Below are positions 46,544-55,634 of a stretch of 64,000 nucleotides of DNA, piece after piece. The notes below the pieces were generated by a model, which was given only the letters and a program-made list of their open reading frames with translations, was not told where the DNA came from and ran no database searches. The translations under genes were made by a program, and so were the position numbers. Numbering within the stretch: the first letter of the stretch is position 1; each line of letters begins with the position of its first letter. The DNA comes from a candidate division WWE3 bacterium RAAC2_WWE3_1 (GTDB lineage Bacteria > Patescibacteriota > WWE3 > UBA101185 > UBA10185): assembly GCA_000503835.1 (NCBI GenBank), contig CP006914.1, positions 785,680 through 849,679 of the forward strand. Reading direction: 5' to 3'.

Positions 46544-48763
46544 TTACTTTTGAATAGGTTCCGCGTTATTATCCGACGTTGCCTGTGGCTTGGGGATCTT
46601 TTTTAATGTTCTGGTATAAATCACCACTTTGGCATCCTTCATAAGTTTCGATGAAAGTTGCTGGGAAAGCTCGCTGTGTTTTTCTGCGGTTAACCGTTCG
46701 CGGATATATTCCTTTGATTGCTCAAACGTAAGCTGTTCAGGTTCCGAACGATCCAGAACTTCGACGATGTAGATATAACCATTCGCTTCAAACGGTGGGC
46801 CGATTTCTCCTTTGGGAATAGCCTGGACCTGCTCATGGTACTGATGCTTGACAATTTCTCCCATAAGATCCATTTCCTCTTCCACCCATTCGGCAACTTC
46901 GCCTCCTTTATCTTTTGTGGCTTCATCTTCCGAATATTGTTTGGCAACAGAAGCAAAATCTTCTCCTTTTTTCAGAGGTCCGGGGACGAGCTTTTTGTAC
47001 GCTTCGTTAGCTTTGTCGAAGGCCTTTTTGTGTTCATCGTCGGTTGCGTTATCGGAACTACCCGCACGAATGACGATCTGACGAACCTTTGACTTGGCAG
47101 GTTTTATAAATTGCGGTTTGTTGCGGTTGTAGTACTCCTGGATATCTTTGTCCTCAACTTTGATTTTCTCATCTACCTCCTCCTGTTCAAGCATCTGAGC
47201 CAGGACTTTCAGGCGCATCTCATCTTTGCGCTCCTTTGTTTCAGTTTGGGATACCTGGCTTAGACTGTCTTCGTATAAAAGCAAACGCTCGATAATTTTC
47301 TCAACCAATGCCTGCTTACCTTCAGTACCGGCGTATGAAGATAGAAACGAAAGCGGCAGTTCCTGATATTCTTCCCAGAATTCACCCAACGTAAACCGTT
47401 TGCCGTTGACGGTAAAGAGTGTCCTGTCGGCATTGTCGGTATAATATTTCTTTTCCGTCTCGGTCAGGACCGCCGTCTGCACCTGTGAGCGGATTTCCTC
47501 AAAGCTCTGCTGCCGTTCCGGCTGTTTGGAACTAAGTTTGGCAATGACAAATGAATCTTTGTCAACAATAACATCGCTTATCTGCTGCGGATCTAGCCGG
47601 AAAATCGCTTCTTCATAACCAGGATCGTTTTCTCCTTTGATCCTTGTTTCTCCGGTCTGGGGAAGCGGAGAGCCGGTTATTTCCTGATACACCTGGCCAA
47701 AATCGCTTCCGGAACGGATTTTCGATAAAGTCTGTTCGGCTTTTTCTTTAGCCTTCTTTTCATCAGCGCCTTTCGGAATACGGATTTCAAATACAACGGC
47801 CTGGGCTTTGACCAGATATTTATCCTTATTGGCATCATAGTAGTTACGCAGTTCCCAGTCGGCAGGTTCAGGAATGACCAACACCGCCGGATCACGGGTA
47901 ATTGAGGCTTTATTTTTCAGACCGGTAATGTAGTTTTGGACAAACTGATCTTCTTTTTCACTCTGAAGTTTCGTTTTTATTTCTTCACGGACATCGGTCA
48001 GCGTTTTATCTCCGAAATCCTTTCTGTTGGCGTCATAGTAGGCACCGATGTCTCCCTCGGTTACCCCGAGTTGCCCTTTATGCATTTGGGCATGAAGCTC
48101 ATCCAGGTTTATTTCCTCGGTAATATGCTTCATCACATGGGAAAATTCTTTATCCTGATCGGGTTTGCGGGTAGCCTGCCAGCGTTTGACGATTTCATCG
48201 GTGATCATTTCCTGAACGATCAATGCATACCCTTGGGGAGACTTAAGCTGCATTTGCGTCGCCTTGTCCTCAACGAGAGACGCCAGATGCTTTTCAACAT
48301 CCTCAATCGTGATTCTGCCGCCGTCATATGCCGCGACGACATTAGGGGCTGGTGGCCAGGGGGCAAAAATGTCTTCACGAAATCTAAATATAAGAAATGC
48401 TGCAACTATAATTACGCCCAAAACAATCTTCTTCTTTTTTGATAAGTGAATTTTGGGGAGGGGTAATCGTGATGGCTTACTCTCCGGTGACTGCTCTTCG
48501 GCCTTAATAGACTCTATCGTTTGTACCGGGGGAATTTCCTGAGGTGGAATTTCTTTCGGAACCTCAGCACCTTTTTTATCAGGTTTCTTTTTCTCGTGTT
48601 GAATCCGCACCGGTTTTTCAGGCAGAGGTTTCTGTTTTTGGCTGCCTCCGGAAAAACCCAATGATTGTCTGATGTCAGCAAACACCTGACCCCAGTCCTC
48701 ACCGGATTTGTCTTTAGCGGCCACCTTCGGTTTGTGGTGGGAAGACATTGACTTTTGTTTCAT
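46544..48763 (-). CDS. PpiD/SurA-like membrane-anchored peptidyl-prolyl isomerase (parvulin domains), with a Lys/Pro-rich N-terminus.
   Basis: Single TM (IVLGVIIVAAFLIF). The PpiC-type block GEDFASVAKQYSEDEATKDKGGEVAEW...GEIGPPFEANGYIYIVEV. Confidence 0.6.
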   Translation of the reverse strand: MKQKSMSSHHKPKVAAKDKSGEDWGQVFADIRQSLGFSGGSQKQKPLPEKPVRIQHEKKKPDKKGAEVPKEIPPQEIPPVQTIESIKAEEQSPESKPSRLPLPKIHLSKKKKIVLGVIIVAAFLIFRFREDIFAPWPPAPNVVAAYDGGRITIEDVEKHLASLVEDKATQMQLKSPQGYALIVQEMITDEIVKRWQATRKPDQDKEFSHVMKHITEEINLDELHAQMHKGQLGVTEGDIGAYYDANRKDFGDKTLTDVREEIKTKLQSEKEDQFVQNYITGLKNKASITRDPAVLVIPEPADWELRNYYDANKDKYLVKAQAVVFEIRIPKGADEKKAKEKAEQTLSKIRSGSDFGQVYQEITGSPLPQTGETRIKGENDPGYEEAIFRLDPQQISDVIVDKDSFVIAKLSSKQPERQQSFEEIRSQVQTAVLTETEKKYYTDNADRTLFTVNGKRFTLGEFWEEYQELPLSFLSSYAGTEGKQALVEKIIERLLLYEDSLSQVSQTETKERKDEMRLKVLAQMLEQEEVDEKIKVEDKDIQEYYNRNKPQFIKPAKSKVRQIVIRAGSSDNATDDEHKKAFDKANEAYKKLVPGPLKKGEDFASVAKQYSEDEATKDKGGEVAEWVEEEMDLMGEIVKHQYHEQVQAIPKGEIGPPFEANGYIYIVEVLDRSEPEQLTFEQSKEYIRERLTAEKHSELSQQLSSKLMKDAKVVIYTRTLKKIPKPQATSDNNAEPIQK

Positions 48764-49847
48764 TTCCTTCCAGTAATTTTAGATTAACCCGTTCTCCCGG
48801 CTTAACGATATAGGTAGCGATTCTGGGAAATATTTTTTCCATCCGCTCCAGATACAGCCGGAAACGGGTTACCTGCTCTCCGTAAATACTACTGTTGGTT
48901 CTGTATTGGGTCAAAATTTCATTGAATGCCACCGCTGATCCGCTTGCTTCATTGATCTGCGCAGTCGCCGAACTGCTGGCTTCGGTGATCAATTTTTGGG
49001 CCTGTCCACGGGCCTCAGGAATGACGCTATTTTTATACCCTTCGGCTTCATTGACGGTTTTGCTTTTATCCTCTCTGGCGCTTGAGACGTCACGGAAGGC
49101 ATCGGCTACTTCATCGGGGGGATAAGCCTTTTGAAAGTTGACACTGACAACTGCCAGTCCGCTATTATATGAATCCAGAAGTGTTTGTGTTTCTTTCTGT
49201 AGCCGGTTCAAAACACTCTGACGTTCTGAGGTAAGAATATTATCTACTGCAGTTTCAGCGCTGATCTTTGTTACTGCAGCCCGCACGGCATCACGGACTG
49301 TCTGATACGGAGCATAGTCAATGTTAAAAAGGTAAGCGGCTGGTTCCCTGACCTGATATTGAACAATTACTTCATAATCAATAATATTGGTGTCACCGCT
49401 TAACACCTGCAACTTCCCGGGTTGTTCCATATGTTTGGGGTGCTCCGGTTCCGGACTAAGGAGACCGACACTTTCCCGTCTGACTTCGGAAACACTTACA
49501 ATGGTTTCTTTGTCAACCGGCCACGGCAGCCGATAATGCAGACCCTCCGATACTTTGGGACTGACTACTTTGCCGAAACGGGTAACTACCGCAGCTTCTC
49601 CGGGTTTAACGATATAAATACCTGAGAGAAAATAAATAACCACAATAATTTTGACAATATTCCCGGAAATATAGCGGGCATTAACGTGGGCAAAGGCCTG
49701 TTTGATGTCAGTCAGGGATGATGATCCGTCGGCTGACCGGATTTTGGCCGTGACCGACTGAATCAACCGCACCAGCATACCTATAACCGTGAGTATGCGT
49801 TTGGTAATCTGTGCTAACAGCTGTTTTATGTTGTTTGTTTGTTCCAT
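48714..49847 (-). CDS. hflK: SPFH/band-7 protein HflK.
   Basis: IVKPGEAAVVTRFGKV...LSGDTNIIDYEVIVQYQV...PDEVADAFRDVSSAREDK. Confidence 0.8.
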   Translation of the reverse strand: MEQTNNIKQLLAQITKRILTVIGMLVRLIQSVTAKIRSADGSSSLTDIKQAFAHVNARYISGNIVKIIVVIYFLSGIYIVKPGEAAVVTRFGKVVSPKVSEGLHYRLPWPVDKETIVSVSEVRRESVGLLSPEPEHPKHMEQPGKLQVLSGDTNIIDYEVIVQYQVREPAAYLFNIDYAPYQTVRDAVRAAVTKISAETAVDNILTSERQSVLNRLQKETQTLLDSYNSGLAVVSVNFQKAYPPDEVADAFRDVSSAREDKSKTVNEAEGYKNSVIPEARGQAQKLITEASSSATAQINEASGSAVAFNEILTQYRTNSSIYGEQVTRFRLYLERMEKIFPRIATYIVKPGERVNLKLLEGNETKVNVFPPQTEGGR

Positions 49848-49911
49848 ATAAAGATACCGACACTTCTTTTACTTATCTTCTTCACGATTTCAGCACTTCA
49901 TCTGAATCCGT

Positions 49912-50844
49912 TTACGGATTGAGATATTTTAAGAGTTCTGAATCGGAAGGAAGAATAAGCGTTGTGCCCTGATTTATGACCTTGTCGTATGATTCAAGCG
50001 TACGCAGAAACTGGTAAAACGCCGGATCCTTGCCGAAGGCCTGAGCATAGATACGGATTGCCTGGGCTTCACCCTCTCCCTTAATCTTGTTTGATTCCTC
50101 CTGAGCTTTGGATAAAAGAGTGATTTTCTCAGCGTCAGCTTCGGCTCTGATCTTTGTTGCTTCTTCTGTCCCTTCAGAGCGCAACTGCCTGGCTATCTGC
50201 TGACGTTCTGCGCGCATGCGCTGAAATACACTTTGTCTATTGGACTCGGGGAAATTAAGCTGTTTGAGCCGCACATCGGCAACTTTAAAGCCGTAGGATC
50301 GTGTCCGTTCGTCTGTTTGCTTGGTAAGGCCCGCAAGCATTTCATCCAGCTTCATCTGGCTTTGGTCGGTAGTGACCAAATTGGTCAACTCATACTGTGA
50401 CAGCGCCACTCCGAGTTCGGACGTAAGAATATCCGATAGCCGTGAGGACGCTCCCTGGGCATCTCTGACACTTTTGAAAAATTGCACTGGGTCATCTATC
50501 TGCCAGGTAGCGTATGCTTCTACCAATACGTTCTTCTTGTCTTTGGTCAGGAACTCGGTTTGGGTGACGTTATGCACCTGAACGCGCTTATCCAGGCGAA
50601 TTAGATTTTGCAAAGGATCGGGAAGTTTGACATACAACCCCGGCTCTTTAATCGCCCGGACCGGACTGCCGAACTGAGAGACGATGGCATACTGCGTGGC
50701 GTCTACCTGAAAAGCGACTAACGTCGAGAGAATCAATAGGATTCCGACTCCTAAACCAACTAACACTTTCGGCTGACGCAGCGTCTGCCAACTGATTCTG
50801 TTTCTTGCCTGGTCTACAAACGATGATTGTGTTCTGTTTCTCAT
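49912..50844 (-). CDS. hflC: SPFH/band-7 protein HflC.
   Basis: VDATQYAIVSQFGSPV...LTKDKKNVLVEAYATWQI...ADVRLKQLNFPESNRQSVFQRMRAER. Confidence 0.8.
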   Translation of the reverse strand: MRNRTQSSFVDQARNRISWQTLRQPKVLVGLGVGILLILSTLVAFQVDATQYAIVSQFGSPVRAIKEPGLYVKLPDPLQNLIRLDKRVQVHNVTQTEFLTKDKKNVLVEAYATWQIDDPVQFFKSVRDAQGASSRLSDILTSELGVALSQYELTNLVTTDQSQMKLDEMLAGLTKQTDERTRSYGFKVADVRLKQLNFPESNRQSVFQRMRAERQQIARQLRSEGTEEATKIRAEADAEKITLLSKAQEESNKIKGEGEAQAIRIYAQAFGKDPAFYQFLRTLESYDKVINQGTTLILPSDSELLKYLNP

Positions 50845-50856
50845 AAATTCACCTCC

Positions 50857-52377
50857 TTACGGTTGAGCAGGTTTTCCATTAGTAATCCACAAATCAGTGG
50901 AATTGGTTTCCACCCGTGGATCGAGAATGTATTTTTTAATGTTTGGTAACACTTTCTCTAAAGACTCTAAATACAGTCTGGTACGGGTTACCTGAGGTGC
51001 ATTCTGATATGCCGCGAGTTTTTTGTTAAAGCGCTCTGATTCGCCGGTTGCCAAAGCGATCTTGCTGGCTTTTTCAGCTTCTGCTGCTGTTACCTGTTTG
51101 GTAGCTTCTCCGCGGGCAACAGCCACTGTCTCGTTTTTATACGCCAGGGCTTCATTCATGTAAGTATTCTTGTCTTCTCTGGCGCTGGCCACATCCAAGA
51201 ATGCGTCTGCGACTTCGTTGGGTGGAGTAACAGAAAGAAGCTGTATATTGGCAACTTTTATGCCAGTGTTATGTTCTTCAAGCAAGCTCTGAGTCTTTAT
51301 TGAAGTATCGGCGAGAATGGCACTTCGACTGGCCGTCAATAAATCATCGACACCCTTCTGAGCAACAGCAGCCCGGAATGCGGTTTCTGTTTCCTTAGCA
51401 AGTAAGTTTTCAGGATTTTGAGTGCTAAAAATATAGTTAGCTGGATTAGTGATCGTATACTGCACCGTTAATTTTGTATTAATGAGGTTGGTGTCTCCCG
51501 TAAGCACCAATGAAGCTTCAGTTTCGACTTGGCGAACTTGGTCAACATTCACTCGTGATATGGAATCGACAAGAGGCACACGAATATGAATTCCTGAGCC
51601 AAAAGTGCCGGCCACTTTTCCAAATCTCTGTACTACAGCCTGTTCGCCCATAGGAACGGTATAAACGCCGGAAAGCAGGATGAAAATAAGAGCAATGCCT
51701 CCGAGGTATGCAAGCATCCGCTTATTGTGCAAAAAGGCTAGGTGATGGTGTCCCTCAATATGATTGGGTAATGCCTGTTTGGTCCGCAGGGCATGAACGG
51801 CTGACTCGGCAATTTCCCAGCCGGAGGTAACGATCAGAACAATCACAAATATCGCGGCCAATTTATCCAAAGCCGGAAACCCAACAGCGGCGGCGATCAG
51901 ACCTACGACGACAAGCATTGAAGCATAAAGGTCCATCCGCGAGTGGTACCCGCTGGCAATCAGAGAAAGGGAGTCAGTTGCCCGACCAACGAATTCTTTA
52001 TAGCGTGCAGTGAAGTAGGTAATGGCAATTGTTAAAAATGCACCGATTGTCACGGGCCAGATATTTCGTAGATCGGGTGTTTCCGAAGCACCGGTTACTT
52101 CCCTGAAAATATCCAGCGCGGAGAAAAACATCAGACCTGAGACGATCAGGGCAACGATATTCTCGATTGTTCCTGCCTGCAACCGCCGTCTGGCTTCCCA
52201 GGCCGCAGATAAAAGCCCTAAAAGTACAAAGACAGAAACAAATACATCCCCGACAGAATGCCAGGCACTGGCTTTAAGGGATAAACTACCCGATGAGGAG
52301 GCAAGGAAGAACTTGAGAAGAACCAGAATAACGTTTGCAACAATGGTGACGACAATAGTTTTTTCTTTCCGGTTCAT
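50857..52377 (-). CDS. Fusion protein: an N-terminal cation-diffusion-facilitator (CDF)-like 6-TM domain and a C-terminal HflK-like SPFH domain.
   Basis: GSLSLKASAWHSVGDVF and ASGYHSRMDLYAS carry HxxxD motifs as in CDF TM2 and TM5. The C-terminal half (YTVPMGEQAVVQRFGKV...PPNEVADAFLDVASAREDK) is paralogous to the adjacent HflK. Confidence 0.55.
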   Translation of the reverse strand: MNRKEKTIVVTIVANVILVLLKFFLASSSGSLSLKASAWHSVGDVFVSVFVLLGLLSAAWEARRRLQAGTIENIVALIVSGLMFFSALDIFREVTGASETPDLRNIWPVTIGAFLTIAITYFTARYKEFVGRATDSLSLIASGYHSRMDLYASMLVVVGLIAAAVGFPALDKLAAIFVIVLIVTSGWEIAESAVHALRTKQALPNHIEGHHHLAFLHNKRMLAYLGGIALIFILLSGVYTVPMGEQAVVQRFGKVAGTFGSGIHIRVPLVDSISRVNVDQVRQVETEASLVLTGDTNLINTKLTVQYTITNPANYIFSTQNPENLLAKETETAFRAAVAQKGVDDLLTASRSAILADTSIKTQSLLEEHNTGIKVANIQLLSVTPPNEVADAFLDVASAREDKNTYMNEALAYKNETVAVARGEATKQVTAAEAEKASKIALATGESERFNKKLAAYQNAPQVTRTRLYLESLEKVLPNIKKYILDPRVETNSTDLWITNGKPAQP

Positions 52378-52473
52378 AGCTAGGTAATATGAATTCTCTG
52401 GGCAGCATCAATAACTTATTATTTTACTACAAATTGTAGGAGAATTGTGTCATAATTTCAAGAGGGTAGATAT

Positions 52474-53241
52474 ATGAATATTTTTAGCGCGATTTTGCTT
52501 GGACTTATTGAAGGAGTTACAGAATTTTTACCGATTTCATCAACCGGTCACATGATTCTAGTCTCCGATATTCTTAAGCTGCCTAATACTGATTTTCTGA
52601 AATCATTTGAGATAGCAATTCAAGTGGGAGCAATCTTTGCAATTATTGTCATGTACACACCAAGGTTCTTAAAGAATATTAGGGTATATCAGCTTCTTCT
52701 CTTCGCATTTCTGCCAGCAACAATAATTGGGTTCCTATTCTATGACTTTATTAAAACATATTTATTTAATCCAGCAATCGTTTCAGCAACACTAATAACA
52801 GGTGGAGTATTTCTTGTTTATTTTGATCGCAAGATAAAGAACCACTCAGAAAAGATTGAAAAGCTTGAGGAAATCTCCAGTAAAGATGCTTTTATTATTG
52901 GACTTTCACAAACTTTAGCCATGATCCCTGGAGTGTCGAGGGCGGCTGCAACTATCACGGGTGGAGTACTTCGAGGTTTATCCAAAAAACAAGCCATGGA
53001 ATTTTCGTTTCTTCTAGCAGTTCCAACAATGCTTGCAGCTACCGGATATGATTTGATAAAGACCTCGTCTAACTACTCAACATATGAATTTGGATTATTA
53101 GGGATGGGAAGTATTGTTTCGTTTGTATCAGCTTGGATAGCAGTTAGGCTCTTTATCAAAATCATAGACAAACATGGCTTAGCTTTTTTTGGTTATTACA
53201 GAATAATTTTAGGCGTGGTGTACTTGTTGTATTTTCAGTAG
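52474..53241 (+). CDS. uppP: Undecaprenyl-diphosphatase.
   Basis: LGLIEGVTEFLPISSTGHMIL. Confidence 0.85.
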   Translation: MNIFSAILLGLIEGVTEFLPISSTGHMILVSDILKLPNTDFLKSFEIAIQVGAIFAIIVMYTPRFLKNIRVYQLLLFAFLPATIIGFLFYDFIKTYLFNPAIVSATLITGGVFLVYFDRKIKNHSEKIEKLEEISSKDAFIIGLSQTLAMIPGVSRAAATITGGVLRGLSKKQAMEFSFLLAVPTMLAATGYDLIKTSSNYSTYEFGLLGMGSIVSFVSAWIAVRLFIKIIDKHGLAFFGYYRIILGVVYLLYFQ

Positions 53242-53498
53242 AAATATTTACTTCAATTGCTTAGCACTCTCTTCGGTCTTTGTTCAATTGGTTCACCTGA
53301 CGGTAAATCTACTTCTAAGGGGTTTACAGCTTCACCGTTTTTTAACATAGCGTATTGAAGATGAGCACCTATTAAGCCGACATATTCAATTTTCTAGTTT
53401 TGTTTGACTTCTGAATACGCTTTTGTCCCTTCGGGGTAAAAAAAAGTCCAAAGATAAAATTCAAGCCTTTGAATTCAAGGGGTTAACGTATCAGCAGT

Positions 53499-54431
53499 TT
53501 ACCAAAACCTAAAACCCTTAAGTATCCGTTCATAGACCCGATAGGGTTTGGGTCCAACTAAACCTTTGCCATTAACAAATACCAATGGGGTACCGTAGAT
53601 ATTAGTTTTCTCCAGTTCGATCCGTTGCGCGACGACGGCCGCCTGGGTTTGGGGAGACTGGCTGCAGGAATTGATTGCCGACACGTCATATCCCAGATTT
53701 CCAAGAATATTTTCTACAAATTCCTTTTTGGCAATATCTTCCTTGGAGCTGGCAAAGAGTTTATCGTTTAACCGCCAGTATTTATTTTGGTCCTGGTTAT
53801 ACGCGCAGTAGCCGATAGGCAGAAGGTAAAGCATTTCTTCTTTGATGGGGTAATGGGCAAAGGTATAGTTGACCTGATTTTCTGAAATAAGTTTTTGGAT
53901 CAGCGGGTATGCTTTTCTGGTATAGTCGCAGCTATAACAACCAATGAATACCACCGAATCCTTGACTCCTTTATCAACGGTGGGGAAAAGACTTAAATCA
54001 ACGCTAGTAAGAGTAACCTTACTTTCATCTCCCGCTCCGTCTACACAACTGCCGCCGGTTTGGGAAACTTTATTATTCTCGCCTTTCGGATCCAGGGCAC
54101 AGAAGCCGGTTTTATTCAGACCATTGCAGCTGCCGTACATGTAATAGTTATAGAGTCCCTTGCCTGTCCAGAAAATGCTGGCGACTGTGGTGATAAATAA
54201 TATCCACGAAAGCAACTCAAAATGTCTGTTGACTATCCTGGCTGCAATAGCAGAACGGGAAAGCAGTGTTCCTACCAGCTGTGCCTTCATCTTTTCTTTA
54301 AACCCGGTAGTGCAGGGGCGAAGTGTAATCCGCCTAAAAACGCAGTCAAATGCCTCTTTAGCCAACCATCGGTGAGAGGCGCTAAATATACTGATAATTG
54401 ATAAAGCGATAAACGCTAAAATACAAAACAT
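53499..54431 (-). CDS. Membrane-anchored thioredoxin-fold (DsbA-like) protein.
   Basis: Two N-terminal TM segments plus a Cys-rich loop; CYSC redox motif; C-terminal YGTPLVFVNG. Confidence 0.45.
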   Translation of the reverse strand: MFCILAFIALSIISIFSASHRWLAKEAFDCVFRRITLRPCTTGFKEKMKAQLVGTLLSRSAIAARIVNRHFELLSWILFITTVASIFWTGKGLYNYYMYGSCNGLNKTGFCALDPKGENNKVSQTGGSCVDGAGDESKVTLTSVDLSLFPTVDKGVKDSVVFIGCYSCDYTRKAYPLIQKLISENQVNYTFAHYPIKEEMLYLLPIGYCAYNQDQNKYWRLNDKLFASSKEDIAKKEFVENILGNLGYDVSAINSCSQSPQTQAAVVAQRIELEKTNIYGTPLVFVNGKGLVGPKPYRVYERILKGFRFW

Positions 54432-54435
54432 AGGT

Positions 54436-55632
54436 TTAGAGAATACTTAATACCTTGTGTAATTCCTTAACAAAAAGTTCAGCTTCTTCAAGCGTGTTAT
54501 AAAAATAAACGGATGCCCGTACCGAGCCGGGAATCTTTCTGTCAGCAAACCACGAATGGACACAGTGTTGACCCGAGCGCACCATGATTTTTGTGGAGGC
54601 ATCAAGCATCAGGGCGATCTGGTGATGGTCTTTGCCGGAAATATAGAAGGAAATAATGCCGCTTCTTTCTTTCGGATCAGAAGGGCCAAGAATAACCAGA
54701 TTAGGGATTTTCTGCAGTTCCTCAGTTATGTAGCTATTCAGTGCATATTCCTGTTTCTGAATTTGGGCAAAACCAATCCTTTCAAGATACGAAACTGCTT
54801 CTCCCAAACCTATGATACCCGCATAATCCTGAAGACCCGCCTCAAACTTTTCCGGCGGGGGGAGAAATTCACAGGAATCATAGGTTGATGAAGAAACAGT
54901 ATCACCTCCGACTAAAAATGGTGAAAGTTTTTCCAGAAGTTCATATTTACCATAGAGGACACCCGTTCCGGACGGACCCAGCATCTTATGACCGGAAAAA
55001 GCCAGAAAATCAACATCCAGTTTCCTGACATCAATTACCTGATGCGGTATCGCCTGAGCTGCATCAAGTAACACGACCGCTCCGTCTTGATGTGCCAGTT
55101 TAATAATCTCGGCAGCGGGAATCGTCACACCGTCCAGGTTGGATGTCATGCCCAAGCTCACCAGTTTTACGCCGCTTTCTAGCGCCTGTTTGTAGGCATC
55201 CATGTCAAACGTATTATCGTCCCTCGACCGCACAATCCGGTGAATAATTCCGGATTTCCTATGCAATATTTGCCAGGGAATAAGGTTTGAGTTATGTTCT
55301 TTATCTGAAGTAAGAACTACGTCACCTTCCTTGAGATTTAAAGTATTTGCTACGAGATTAATTCCTTCGGTGGTATTTCTGGTAAAAACGATTTCTTCTT
55401 TCCGTTTGGCGTGCAGGAATTTGGCAATCCGCGTCCGGGCCTCGTCACACTTTTGGGTAACCTTAGCAGCCAGATGGTGGTTGCTTCTTCCGGCACAGGC
55501 AGAATACTCCTGATAATATTCGGTTACTGCGTTTATCACCGATTGAGGGCGCAAGCTCTGACAGGCATTGTCAAAATAAATGCCGTTTTCTGAAAGCACC
55601 GGAAAATCATGTCTGATTTTTGTTATATCCAT
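54436..55632 (-). CDS. Class V aminotransferase-fold cysteine desulfurase (SufS/NifS-like).
   Basis: FLAFSGHKMLGPSGTGVLYG PLP-Lys motif; C-terminal catalytic Cys region. Confidence 0.8.
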   Translation of the reverse strand: MDITKIRHDFPVLSENGIYFDNACQSLRPQSVINAVTEYYQEYSACAGRSNHHLAAKVTQKCDEARTRIAKFLHAKRKEEIVFTRNTTEGINLVANTLNLKEGDVVLTSDKEHNSNLIPWQILHRKSGIIHRIVRSRDDNTFDMDAYKQALESGVKLVSLGMTSNLDGVTIPAAEIIKLAHQDGAVVLLDAAQAIPHQVIDVRKLDVDFLAFSGHKMLGPSGTGVLYGKYELLEKLSPFLVGGDTVSSSTYDSCEFLPPPEKFEAGLQDYAGIIGLGEAVSYLERIGFAQIQKQEYALNSYITEELQKIPNLVILGPSDPKERSGIISFYISGKDHHQIALMLDASTKIMVRSGQHCVHSWFADRKIPGSVRASVYFYNTLEEAELFVKELHKVLSIL

Positions 55633-55634
55633 AT

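Noticed and set aside
53400-53440. The CCCTTCGGGG hairpin followed by an A-run.
   Set aside because: The T-run is on the wrong side for an intrinsic terminator on either strand. It was left unannotated.
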